A stretch of DNA of 55,183 nucleotides from Chiloscyllium plagiosum. Lineage: Eukaryota. Location of the stretch: positions 8,073,466 to 8,128,648 of the forward strand of contig NC_057755.1 in assembly GCF_004010195.1 (NCBI RefSeq), read 5' to 3'. The position numbers and the translations under genes are program-made. The notes below the pieces were generated by a model, which was not told the DNA's origin, ran no database searches, and worked only from the letters and a program-made list of their open reading frames with translations. Numbering within the stretch: the first letter of the stretch is position 1; every line of letters begins with the position of its first letter. Below are positions 1 through 11,872 of the stretch, piece by piece.

Positions 1-1800
1 ATTATAGTAAGGTTTCAACATATCCACATGACATACCCGACACAGTACGCTTTTAGCATGGTCTTCAGGGCATGGTGTCACCCGTTCAAGGTTCCCTGTA
101 TTCAGGATGATACGCACTTGATTTAAAATGCTGTCTGCCCAAAATATCCATGACTTCTTTAATCAGCCTCGCAGTAAAATTAGACCCACTGGCTGAATGA
201 ATCTCTCTCTGTAGTTCCAAACGTGTGACAAAAGCTTTTAGATCCTCTACCAAACTTTTTGCCTTAATTCTCCGGAATCGAATTGCCTCTTCAAATCAGG
301 TAGACACAATTATTACGGTTATCAAGTAATGGTTCCACTTTTATTTCTAAGTAGGCGACCTACATAATGAATCATGACTTATGTGAAAGGTTCTTAGATT
401 GCGGGAATTGGCAACAAAGATGCCAGTTTTAATACTGCCATTGGTTTATCTTTCATTTGGCAGTTATGTCATGAACGACAATGTTTACCCACATCACTGT
501 GCAGTCCAGACAAATAGAATAGCTTCTGAACGTTAGCCGTAGTCTCTGACTGGTAATTCATGTGTTCCTGTAGAACGTCCTGTCTCTATGCTACTGGCAA
601 CACAATCTGGGACACTTCTGACTATTTATCTTTTGCACTAGTCGGCTGTGGTCTTTATTTTCCTCTGTGGTTTCTATCTTTAAGATTACTACCCCCACGA
701 TTACATTCTGATTCCTTTTCTATGCATGCATCTCACACACACGCACACACATGCACGTACATATATAATTGGCCCATCTTTCTGTTGTACATCCATTATT
801 CTTTCATGACTAAACATTTCTGCCAGACCCTCTGCCTGTTCAGGGATTTCCTGCACCAGTACATCAAACAGGGTACTCGCTCACAGAACCTCAACTGCTT
901 CATCTTTCTCTTTCATATTTTGCTTCACGCTGTGACTTATAGTGGGAACCTACGTCTACAGAGTCTGGTAGGAAATCAGGGTATTTTCCATTTAACTCCT
1001 CAGCTCCCTGGTCTTCCTTTGGTGTCTCCACAACAAGGGTTGTCACTCCAACCTTGAATCCTGCTAAATCTTTCGCAAGAACAGACTGCATTGCCGGAAC
1101 TGACATTGTCAATCGTTCTCACTGTTAATCCCCCAGTATTGAATTGGCACTCCACCCTGATCTTACATAGGAGAACGCTACATGTTTGACCATCTATTCC
1201 ACAAATTATCACAGTCTGGGGGTAACAGGTCAGAAAGAGGACAAATACTCTAATGTTCTATTATTCCTAAAGACTGATTCGATCCCATATCTTTCAAAAT
1301 TATTACTTCTTTCCCTTCTCCCCCGGTTCTTTTTGTGTAAACTTTATCCACAGAGATGGTCTTTATACAGATCGACACTAACTCGATACCCAGCCCCTTC
1401 CTAGGCTACTGCATCTCCTCGACAATTCTTGGAGTTTTTTTTAACTACTTTCACTCATGGCACTGTTTTGCCTCTTTTCCAACATCTTTTCCCAACTTGC
1501 CTTTCCATTCCCACTTTACCAGACTAGAAATACCTAAGGCCTTTCACCTCCTTTTCACACTCTTGCGATTCTTTGTTCATTGTCATGTGTTTTTTGTTTT
1601 ATAGTGTAGCATCCCCAATTCACCAAATTATTATCCCTCACGGGATGAAATTCATATCAGAAGCAACATTTTGCCTTATACATCAATGCAAGTCTATCTG
1701 CCATCTCTTCTCTCTTCTCAATTGTTGAACATTCTGTTCATCCACATGAATTCTTTTTATCTTGGAAAGTGAGTTTTCAAACTCCTCCAGCAGAGTTACT
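1..1800 (-). mobile_element. Decayed Gmr1-like Ty3/gypsy LTR retrotransposon internal region (gag C-part, protease, integrase Zn finger and core), runs off the left edge
   Basis: Minus-strand remnants: protease-like ILKDMGSNQS (~1270-1300), HHCC-type integrase Zn finger (~430-560), integrase core with AYHPEY (~95-120). Many stops and frameshifts. Colinear with 50000-50830. Confidence 0.8.
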
Positions 1801-1974
1801 TAATGCAGAGCCTCATAAATCTTACCGAAACATCAATCGTGTCACCCCTCGCACGCTTTCCAGCTCTATGGTGCACAGACCCAACCTACTCAAGGTCTCT
1901 CCAGTAAGTGAATTCCACAGACTAATAACCCGCTCGGGCAAAATAAATCTTCTTTCCTGCCAATCCCCGACTCC

Positions 1975-2195
1975 TTTCTGATTTAAAGAAAAATGTCTGT
2001 CTCATTCTTGAATATACTTAACGACCCAGCCTTGACAGCCCTCTGCAGTGACGATTTCCACAGATTCACTCCCCTCTGATAGAAGAAATTCCTCCTCATT
2101 TCTGTCTTAAATGGGGCAACTGTTTGTTCTGAGATGATGCCCCTCTGGTTCTAGCCTCTCACGTACACAAAGGGAAATGAATTCTCCACATCTCT
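1975..2195 (-). mobile_element. CR1-type LINE 3' fragment
   Basis: Reverse complement resembles the CR1 ORF2 C-terminus (NFFYQRGVNLW). Confidence 0.6.
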
Positions 2196-2198
2196 AGT

Positions 2199-2530
2199 GT
2201 GGCACGGTGGCTTGCTGGCTCAATGGTTGCAGTACTGCTTCACAGAGCCAGGGAGTCGAGTTTGATTCCAGCCGCGGGCGACTGTCTGTGTGGAGTTTCC
2301 ATATTCTCCCAGTGTCTGTGTGGGTTTGCTCCGGTTTTCTCCCACAGTCCAAAGCTGTGTAGGTTAGGTGAATTGGCCGTTCTAAATTCCCCATAGTGTT
2401 CAGGGATTCATAGGTTAGATTTATTAGGCTGGGGTAAACGTAGAGTAATAGGGGAATTGCTCTTGTGGGTTACTCTTCGGAGGGTCTGTGCGGACCGGTT
2501 TGGCTGAATGGCCTTTTTACACACTGTATG
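2199..2530 (+). mobile_element. tRNA-derived SINE (HE1/V-SINE type), diverged
   Basis: GTGGCACGGTGGC head, V-domain-like GTGTGGAGTTT..TTCTCCCACAGTCCAAAG core, tail GGCCTTTTTACACACTGTA. Similar to 11873-12185. Confidence 0.85.
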
Positions 2531-3006
2531 GATCCTCTGCCGAGGACATAGAGGTCCTGGGCCTCCTTCACCGCCGCTCCCTCACCACCAGACGCCTAGA
2601 GGAAGAACGCCTCATCTTCCTTCTCGGAACACTTCAATCCCAGGGCCTCAATGTGGACTTCAACAGCTTCCTCATTTCCCCTTCCCCCACCTCATCCTAG
2701 TTTCAAACTTCCAGCTCCGCACTGTCCCCTTGACTTGTACGGACTTGTCCGACCTGCCTAGCTCCTTTTCCACCTATCCACTCCACCCTCTCCTTCCTGA
2801 CCTATCACATTGATCTCCTCCCCCACTCACCCACTGTACTCTATGCTACTCTCTCCCCACCCCCACCCTCCCGTAGCTTATCTCTCCACGCTTCAGGCTC
2901 TCTACCTATATTCCTGATGAAGGGCTTTTGCCCGAAACGTCGATTTTGCTGCTCGTTGGATGCTGCCTGAATTGCTGTGCTCTTCCAGCACCACTGATCC
3001 AGAATC
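2531..3006 (+). mobile_element. Penelope-like element 3' end (GIY-YIG endonuclease C-terminus plus 3' UTR)
   Basis: Translates SAEDIEVLGLLHRRSLTTRRLEEERLIFLLGTLQSQGLNVDF, followed by a pyrimidine-rich UTR and a hammerhead-like motif. Confidence 0.8.
2911..2945 (+). ncRNA. Minimal type I hammerhead ribozyme-like motif
   Basis: TTC-CTGATGA-A-GGGC-TTTT-GCCC-GAAAC-GTC-GATT: core boxes, 4-bp helix II, GUC triplet. Helix I is weak. Confidence 0.65.
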
Positions 3007-3129
3007 TATGATCTCGCCTATCAAGTCCGCTAAATATCTTGTATGTTTCAATAAGGTTGTCTCATGAATGCGATCCCAACCTACTTAAACTCTCGTCATA
3101 CCATAATCCCTCCATGGCAGGAATAAGCC

Positions 3130-3666
3130 ATAGAATCAAACACAATGGAAACAGATCCATTGGCCCGACGTTTCCACAAAAACTCTGCTCCCCAACTACA
3201 ATAGTCCACCTGCCTCGTCTTGGACAATATCCCTCCAAACCTTTCCTGTACTTATTCTTTTAAATGTTCGAACTGTACCTGCATCCATCACTTCCACTGG
3301 CAGTTCATTCTACATACTAACCACCCTCTGTGAGAAAATGTAGCCCTTCATGGCCCTTTTAGATTTTTCTCCTCTCACCTTAAACCTATACACTCTAATT
3401 TTGAACTCCAGGTACCCTATGGAAAGGATCTTCGCTATTCATCTTCTCTGCCCCTCATGGTATAATGAATGTCTGAAGGGTCACCCCTCAGGCAACTATG
3501 ATCTAGTGAAAAATGTTCCAGCCTATCTTGGCTATTTTTACCACTGACACCCGCTATTCCTGGCAGCATCCTGGTAAATATTTTGAGAAACCTTTCCAGC
3601 TTAATGATATCCTTCCTAGAACAGATCTGGATGCACTCCTCTGGAAGAGGCCTCACCAACGTCCTG
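3130..3666 (-). mobile_element. CR1-type LINE 3' fragment
   Basis: VRPLPEECIQICSRKDIIKLERFLKIFTRMLPG resembles the CR1 ORF2 tail. Confidence 0.8.
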
Positions 3667-4020
3667 AGAGGAGACCTAATCGAGACGTATAAGGTACTCA
3701 GAGGGTTACATAGGGTGGACAGGGAGAGCCTTTTTCCTCGGATGGTGAAGGCAAAAACGAGAGGACATTGTTTTTAATTGTGGGGTGAAAAATATAGAAC
3801 AGATAACAGGGGTGTTTTCTTTACTCAGATAGTAGTACTGGTGTGGAATGGCCCGCCTGCAACAGTAGTACTTCCATCGAAACTAACGGTATTTAAATGA
3901 GCATTGGATATACATATGGATAATAATGGAATGGTGTAGGTTAAATGGGCATCAAGTTAATTCACAGGTCAGTGCAACATCGAGGGCTGAATGCCCTGTG
4001 CTGCGCTGTAGTGATCTATT
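3667..4020 (+). mobile_element. CR1-type LINE 3' fragment, head-to-head with the previous one
   Basis: RGDLIETYKVLRGLHRVDRESLFPRMVKAKTRGH followed by a CR1-like 3' UTR. Confidence 0.8.
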
Positions 4021-4119
4021 GAATTGAATTGAATTTATTGTCATGTATACCGAGTCACAGTGAAAATCTTTGTCTTGCGAGCGATACAGGCAGGACCTAT
4101 AGTTAAGTATGTTATAAGT

Positions 4120-4632
4120 TCCAACTCCATGGCAATATACTATTCACATTAAACAGTTCTTAACACTCCAACAACGTAACGTCATAAAGCACACAGCGGC
4201 TGTCCTGCTTGGCTCTTTCTTCTTTCGTTTGAAGATCTTTCTGGCTTGTCTTCTTTCTTTTACTGCGAATATGTTTCATATGAAAAGATAGCTTTGATAG
4301 AGAGTGATTGCAGTTCCTTCGTCTGACTTTCAAAATGTCGATCATTTTTGTATCCCCAACATTGGATCGTGTCATTGGTTCGAGGTTGTCAAAACAATAA
4401 GTGCAACCAGATTTGGTTTTAATATCCGGAGCCATAATTTAAACTTATTGGTTAAATTCGATCTGTTGTCGAAGGAGCAACCTACTCAGGTATCCATTAC
4501 ATAGCCAAACATTTCAAATTTTCAATTTTGCAGCACACTCTAAGACTGATAGCTAGTCATATGAAATTAGATTTTAAGCTGTGAGTGCAGAACAGCAAAA
4601 AGGTACAGTAGCCATCTTAGCGTCATTGTAGT
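4120..4632 (-). mobile_element. Partial 5' LTR of the Gmr1-like element at 1-1800
   Basis: Colinear similarity with 52140-52674 and 47390-47930, e.g. ACAGCGGCTGTC and TGGTTAAATTCGA. Confidence 0.75.
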
Positions 4633-4744
4633 AGGCCGTTGATAATATGTTAGAAACATGGATATGAAGAAAAACAATCATTCACTTCTCTCTGGTGCTA
4701 CATTAAAAGAGAAATTTGCCAAGTTTATTTGGTAGAATATATCA

Positions 4745-5220
4745 TCTCTCGGACTTTCCAACAAACAGCCTGATAACGCTGGGCTGCTGGTGAGAAGGGC
4801 AATAAGTTTGGAATCCTTCATGTAAACCAGCACTTCACACCACCTCACGATGACCTCGAAGTTTCTACGTGAGTGTACAGATGCTATACCTCTCCTGTTG
4901 AAATGTGCCTTTGCAAAGGAAATCTGGAGAAATTTCAAATGCTTTATTATAGTCGAGATTCATTCTCGGCAGCAGTTGAATGCTGGAATCTGTGCTGTTC
5001 AGGCTATTCTCCGGATGTAGGCCAAGAAAACGTTGATAATGAGTGCAGGATAAACAAGACGCTCTTTGCTCTACCACAAATTGATTGGGTTACAAGAGCA
5101 AGGCATTGACCTCAAAGAAATGTGGCGGACTGTCACAAAGTTAAAGACCATGTGCTGAGATGTGCAGTAAGCCTCGGACAGCTGCAGCCAAAGCAGAATA
5201 GGGAAAGCAAAACGTCTAAA
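4745..5220 (+). mobile_element. Tx1-like non-LTR retrotransposon ORF2 C-terminal fragment
   Basis: Decayed AGLLVRRA, LLLKCAFAKEIWR, KDHVLRCAVS, AAAKAE*GK motifs typical of the zinc-binding C-terminus. Paralogous copy at 52770-53240. Confidence 0.7.
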
Positions 5221-5639
5221 TTCTTCATGATAATGCTAATTGGGCGTCTGTTCAGTTAACGAAACCTCGTGAATCTTTAATTGTGTGTACATATACTCTT
5301 AAGCTTGTCAGTAATGCCTTTGCTTTGTTTGCTGGATAAAGTCAACTCCATTTTATAGTTGTTTCTTCATATGGTACTGAAAATATACAACTGGCTTAAG
5401 AACCTACGCATGCATGTGTGTTTTTTATGAATGAAATATATTTTTGCAGTGAAAGAAAGCAAGAGTGTCTCACTCAAACCTTGCAAGACAAATTAGAAAT
5501 ACCAATGGATCCAAAGAGAAGATGAATAACATAGTGAGAATAAATGTCAATCCTGAATTCTGGGATCAGTTCAGAAAGGTGATAAAAATAAAACAATGAT
5601 TTTTTATGTCAATTGCGAATCCCGTAATAATCAGACATG

Positions 5640-6060
5640 AGTGACATTGTAACAGGAAAGGACAAAGGAAATTAAGAAAAAATAAACATGTGATGCGGTT
5701 TCTCTTCACAAATAACACGTCAGAAATATGGGGTAAACAAGGCTACAGTTGAATGGTGTAATTCAACAAATTCCTTTAACTAAGCAAAAAAAAAATTGGT
5801 GAAATGAATGAATTTAAATGCTGACAAATCACGAGGGTGTGATATTTCCCTAAGCAGAATGCTGAAAATAGTGTCCTATGAAATATTGGATTATGACTGA
5901 CCATTTTCTAAAATTCTGTAGCCTCTGGAACAATTGCTATGACTTGAAGAGTAGTAAGAATAACCACACTATGTGAAACTGGAGGGGGAGGGGTAAAATG
6001 AATGATCAAGCAGTTAAGATTAACAGTAATTGGGAAATGGTCGACTCCGTGATTACAAAC
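5640..6060 (+). mobile_element. Highly decayed CR1-like ORF2 fragment
   Basis: LNADKSRGCD and IF*NSVASGTIAMT*RVVRITTL resemble the CR1 pre-RT region. Confidence 0.5.
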
Positions 6061-6089
6061 AGAAAAGCGTGAAAAGTATTAGACAGAAA

Positions 6090-7870
6090 CAGAAATACAT
6101 CAAACTCACACCAACACTGCCTTCCACTCCCTCACTCCCAATTTACACACCAAACTCTCACCCGTACAGAGTCGTTCTGAAGTATGGGAGCACACACATA
6201 CGCTGACATATTAACACACCAATACCTTCACACACGCAGACAAAACTCCAGTCATAATGATAGTTTTGGCAATGCACTCATACACATAAAGAGAACGCGC
6301 ATACATGCACACATGGAGAAATACATTCATCCAGCGATATAGGAACACAACATAGATAGCGAATCACATACACATTCCCACGTATTGAAATGAAAGCATT
6401 CTGAGAGACATTACACACAAACATGCAAGGGCTCACAGAACTATGCATGTACATCCACGTGAGCACACTCAAATATAGTTACCGAACTCTGCTCACAATT
6501 CAGTACAGACAAGGAGTGACAATTATAAACAAATTCAGAGACACATATGCAGAGATATAGAGAGATCCTGCTGGGGGCACAGATAAGATCTGAGCACATG
6601 AGAGACAGACAAACACAGTCTTTAAAGCACACTTTTGAACAAGAGCGCAGCCAGGCAGCAAATCACCCTGCACTCCCACAGCAATACACCTAAATACACA
6701 CAAGGTCATGGAACCATCATGACATGCTGACAGTAATACATACACACACACACACGGAAGTACAGACAAACATTCATAAGAAGACAAATATCAATACAGT
6801 ACGTACACACAAAAGAACACAACAAAGCCAAGTCTGCAAAATAAACACGGATATCACTAACACAGGCACAGGAACAGATACCCAAACAAATGAGCACAAA
6901 CAGTCACATAGACGGAATATCATGATCAAAAACATAAAAACCGCAATATGTAGTCATCCACACCCTTCAAAACATCCACCGAGGGTAAACCTAGGCACAG
7001 ATGCAGAAATGTCCTCATAATGTGTCACAGGAACGTTTTTGAAGACAAAAGCAGGGACTACCTAAACAAACAGTAACATCCCCACGAAGGCAATACAGCA
7101 CAGTAGCAGATAGATACACAGAGAAATTCACATATTGAAAGGGAAACACAAACACACACGCACATGCACACGCAAACACACCACACAAACCTCTTCACAG
7201 CCACTGGAATGGATGCAAAGACGCAATTAGGAGCTGGACAGACCTACTTTACAGAAACATAAATATTATGCCAAGGTATTGCTGACCATGTCGGTGCATT
7301 TGTTTTTTTTTGCAAAATGACTTCCTGCAGGACAATCAGTGAATGAAGGAAAGAGAAACGGAAATGAGCCAATATACGTCAGCAACTGCTGAAGTGAGTC
7401 AATGAGTGCCTGACTTAGACAATACGAGAGAGAAAGAGACAGGGAGAGAGAGGAAGAGAAATGGACAGGAGACAAAGTGAGAGAGAATGAGAAAATAAGA
7501 TACGCAGAGACGTAAAGAGAGACAGACAGACAGAAAGAATTGGAGATAAAGAGAGAGAGAAGGGGATAGGTGGAGTAAGATAGATATTGAAAAAGAGAGT
7601 TAGAGAGACAGAAAGAAAGAGATGGAAAGAGAGATAGACAGCAATAAAATTATCAGAAATGGAGCAATAGAGACAGACAGACGAAGACAGAGAGTGTGCC
7701 AGAAAGATTGAGACAGATTGCGAAAGAGACAAAGAGAGAATGAGGGACAAGCAGAGAGAGACACACAGCAGGAAACTGAGAGGAAGGAAGAGATTGAGAT
7801 GGAGAGTAAGATGAAGAAGGAAGTAATCACAAAGACAGACAGGAAGAGGCATAGAGAGACAGGAGGCAAC
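6090..7870. repeat. Low-complexity CA-rich then GA-rich tract downstream of GPCR gene A
   Basis: Cryptic (CA)n ~6090-7260 and cryptic (GA)n ~7415-7870. Homologous to 15640-17390. Confidence 0.8.
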
Positions 7871-8001
7871 ACTGTTTTGGTAGGAGTAGATGGGAGGTGG
7901 GGTCAATAAACACTTTCAAAAACAAACAAAAGCGCACGAAATAATAATCAATTCAGATGCGATGATAACAATCACACGGAGCCTTTCATTGTACTACAGT
8001 A

Positions 8002-8007
8002 TTTATT
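8002..8007 (-). promoter_or_regulatory. Putative polyadenylation signal of GPCR gene A
   Basis: AATAAA on minus ~680 nt after the stop, aligned with AATAAA at 17530-17535 and 40439-40444. Confidence 0.6.
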
Positions 8008-8684
8008 GTACGTTCTACAGAGACAGTCTGACATTCATCATTATTCAAGTTGGAATGTTTCTGTCCGACCCTTCCTCCCCAGCAGAGGAAAGGCAGAGAG
8101 TCCTCATGCTGGCCTTTAACACTGGTCGACAGGCAGTTCATGAAGACGCGATGTTCCAGCTGTACCAAACCAATCCGTCATGTCTAATTCCTCCACCACC
8201 AACATTCCACCCACCAACCCCTGATTCATACAAACGTCTTTTCCGCTTACATGCTGTCCCTTTGTCATGCCATTAATATTTTAAAGGCGCAGATGAATAG
8301 ATTTTTATTATGTTTTCTATTTATGGGGACGTGTGGTTGGCAGGGTCCTCAGGATCAGACGTAAATGCAGAGTTGATGTTATATTGGTTGAACTTTGATT
8401 TCCTGAGATGGTGGGTGGACCAGGCCCTTTTTTCTGAAGGGCTGATTACAGCTCATTGTCCGTGTATCCCCGTGTGTGCCAATCCGTCAGTCAATCAGGA
8501 ATAGTGGCGTGTTCCTGAGCATGCCATCAGTCGCCTCTACATCGACTGATCAGTGCTTTAATCAGATCTATGTGATTGTACTGATGGAATTCTGGCTGTG
8601 CATGCGCAGTTCCTGGACTGGGAACACAGTCTTCGACACCTGGACCGCTCTCAGTTGATTTTCTGAAAAGCTGAAGTGAAGGAT

Positions 8685-9556
8685 TTACTTGATCAGTTGT
8701 TGCACTGCATTCCTCAACTTCTCTCTGAACCTGGATACCGTTAATGCATAAAAAAACGTATTCGTGCTGCAGCTGAAATCCTTGAGCATATCTCCAACAT
8801 ATGGCAGAATATTTGCCTTCCCAAAATACTCTGCTGTTCCGTTAATGCCTTGCGATAAGAAGTTTATACCATACACTAACCAAAGAAGAATAAAGCTGAC
8901 GGATATGGTGAAGAGGGAAATCACCGACTTCCTTCGGCTCTCTATCTCTGCATCTTTCCGTTTTTCTTCATTGCCAAAACCCTTCAGTGCCTTGCGGAGT
9001 CGATTGGCCTCTAAAACGTGCCTTACCGTCAGAGTGTTAATCAAAAGAATCAACACAAAAGGTATGAAAGGGGTTAAAATGCTGTCAAACCACTTAAATG
9101 CCAGCCACCTGATATCTGTATAATAGCTTGACTTTATTCGACAGTACCGTGGAATGTTTTTAATTATCTTCAAAGGTTTGAACACAAAATAAAAAGGAAC
9201 ACATTTTGAACAGAGCAGTATGCCAGTTATCGAAAGAGCCACAACCAAAGCTTTTTCTGTCCAATATTTTCTCTTCAGTTTCTGACAGCAAAGCACCACA
9301 AACCGATCAAAAGAGAAGAGTAGAGTGAACCAAACGGAACAGTCTGATGCTGCACGAACCAGAGTAAAGATAGTACTGCAGACCGGGATGATGTCCAGGA
9401 GAGATGGTTGGAAGTAATAGATATTAAATCGTCTTAATACAATGTTCGTGACAATGAACAGTAGATCCGACGTTGCCATAACCAAAAGGAGGCGCGTTGT
9501 ACACTTAGAGAGTCCGCATTTTCCTCGTGCGAGAATGAAAAACATCAGGAAATTAA
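8685..9556 (-). CDS. GPR139/GPR142-like class A GPCR gene A, exon 2 (872 nt; protein 312 aa with exon 1)
   Basis: 7TM pattern with GKCGLSKCTTR, MATSDLL, PVCS, SVWFTLLFSFDRF, PFIPF and CSTNTFFY. Pyrimidine tract and CTTACAG acceptor (AG at 9558-9557). TAA at 8687-8685. The N-terminus given in the ORF track (9620-9557) is intronic. Confidence 0.92.
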
Positions 9557-10269
9557 CTGTAAGAGACAGAAGGTAAAAGGGGAATAGGAAATTACAGAAA
9601 AAAAAACACATTCTCTGCATCTACACAGTGAACAATAAAAGTACTTAGCATCCGAATGCGTCAGTTGGGAGGGTTCAGAGGTCAAATCATAAAAGGATAT
9701 TTGCAAACATAAGTCATGTCAAAGCTGTGCACTCAAGGGTTTTAGTCAGTCAGTGCAGAAAAATCAAAGGAGCATAATTTTTAAAGTGAAAGACAGAGTG
9801 CTTGGGGCCTGAAATGCACTGCTTGGGATGGTAGCTGAGGCAACACATGTCACAACCTTTTAGGACTACTTGGATGAAGACTCGAAGTTTCATAACATGC
9901 CAGGCTATGATCCTGGTTATGGAAGCTGTGGTGAGTGTAGCTTCAGTTTAGCTTTGACATCACAGCTTGATGAATCGAATGACCTCTTCTGCAAGGGAGG
10001 CTTCTATGATTCTGGGAACTGAGAGGCTTGTTCGGTTTTTAATATTATAATCAGAAATTAAATAGCTGTTGATCCTGAAAACGTAGAACGGAATCATACG
10101 TGTTTTGAGAAACTCAACAGGTATTACAACATCAGTGAAGAGAGAAACGGAGTTAATGTTTCATGTCTGGAATCACTCTTCACAGAATATATTTTTCTAA
10201 GTAAGGGTGGCTGGACTCAAAATGTTATTTCTCTTTTCTCCACATACAAGAACATACCCTTGCGACCAA

Positions 10270-10800
10270 AGGAAATTGAACCAGGTCCTTATGCTTATTT
10301 CGATTACCAACACCTAGACAAAGTCCTGAAAGTTAATTCAAGAGAATTAAATATCCTGATTGCCTCTAAATGAGTTGGGAACTGGCGCCTCCAGGCCCCT
10401 AAACTGGGAAGTGAAGTCCAGACATAACACCACCGTCTGGATGAAAGGGTTAGACCTTATGAACCATGTAATCTTTTAGCAATCAGCCTCACTTAGGTCC
10501 CATAGTAAATGTTCCTTTCCGTTAGGGTTAATACGTCTGTATCAACACTTTCCTTACTTTGTGCACCTGAATCACCTAAGTTTGCATTCTCCTCAGTTCA
10601 CGGGAAAATAAGCCTAGCCCTCTCTAATCTTCCCCAAAGCTGCTGTAGTTTCCAAGTGCTGGCAACTTGCTTGTAAATCTCATCTGTGTTCAACCCAGTT
10701 GAATTCTGTCCTTCCTGTTATGTGGTGACCCGAACTGTGCACAACATTACAGCTTTAGTCTACCCACTGTCTTATATGGTTGCAGTGCTACAGTCCTTGC
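10270..10800 (-). mobile_element. Decayed CR1-like 3' fragment in the intron of gene A
   Basis: Reverse complement gives AQFGSPHNRKDRIQLG-like CR1 tail motifs. Confidence 0.55.
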
Positions 10801-10977
10801 GTGGCAAGATGGATTTTGTTTTGTGTTGAATGAGTTTCAAGGTAAGGGCCAATGCTTTTGGTGAAGAATTTGATTCCCGGTATGGGCATATGGGCAAAGT
10901 CTGGGCCACATAATAGGTCTGGTGCGCTGCCATAGGGTTCAACAGATCCATTCTGGGCTCAATCGGTTACTCAGAAG

Positions 10978-11262
10978 TTAGATTATCTAGATTTCTTACA
11001 GTGTGGAAACAGGCCCTTCGGCCCAACAAGTCCACACCGACCCGCCGAAGCGTACTCACCCAGACCCATTCCCCTACACCTAACACTACGGGCAATTTAG
11101 CGTGGCCAATTCACCTAACCTGCCTATTTTTGGACTGTGGGAGGAAACCGGAGCACACGGGGAGAATGTGCAAACTCCACACAGTCAGTCGCCTGAGGTG
11201 GGAATTGAACCTGGGTCTCTGGCGCTGTGAGGCAGCAGTGCTAACCACTGTGCCACTTTGCC
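10978..11262 (-). mobile_element. tRNA-derived SINE (HE1/V-SINE type)
   Basis: Reverse complement of the 11873-12185 type, with an internal deletion in the core. Confidence 0.9.
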
Positions 11263-11872
11263 ATTTAGACTCAGTTTAATACCGTTTCTTCTGTCTGAAA
11301 AGAGGTGGTGTAATTCCAGAACAAGCTAGATGTCGGACCTGAATACAGCTTGATGGATCACAACCGTACTTGCTTTGGTTTTGAAGAACATAATATCTTG
11401 CAAACCATAATGCTGCAAACTTTACTTCAACAACGAAACAGCAGTTCATTATTAATCTAATGATGATAAATTCAAACATTTTAAATGGTCTACATATAAC
11501 ATTGATTCAGAGGCATTACACACACAGTTAATATAGGACCTCATTAATCTAAAGTCACTGTATAAATTAAGAAAAAGATAGAAAACAACTTTTATAGAAT
11601 ATACAGAATATTATAAACCCTCCCCCACCCCCATATACTGCTGACAACAGAATCCCTGTGTCTAAGACTTGGTTTATTCAGTTGTGATTTCCACTTTTTA
11701 AATGTTACTTCAGTAGCTTCTTCGGGGAATAAAGACACAGCTGAATGTTAATGTACTTAGCTTTAAGTAATCTCTATAGGGCTTTTTTAATCCCAATACT
11801 TCTGGTCCCGAATGAGCATGAACATTTCTTTTTAAGGTGCTCTAATTGGCTAAATCTCCGAGTTCCTTCTCA

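Noticed and set aside
560..1057. 165-aa plus-strand ORF
   Set aside because: Antisense to a decayed LTR-retrotransposon pol region, with no recognisable protein features.
7415..7909. Long L/S/C-rich or E/R-rich ORFs here and at 16500-17470, 39000-39630 and 42478-42846
   Set aside because: Translations of GA/CT low-complexity tracts.
7890..8276. 128-aa plus-strand ORF in the conserved 3' flank
   Set aside because: The frame is not preserved in the paralogous flanks at ~17480-17800 and ~40390-40730; better explained as the antisense of the 3' UTR.
8764..9123. Plus-strand ORFs overlapping the GPCR exons (also 41609-41887)
   Set aside because: Antisense shadows of the receptor frame with no independent motifs.
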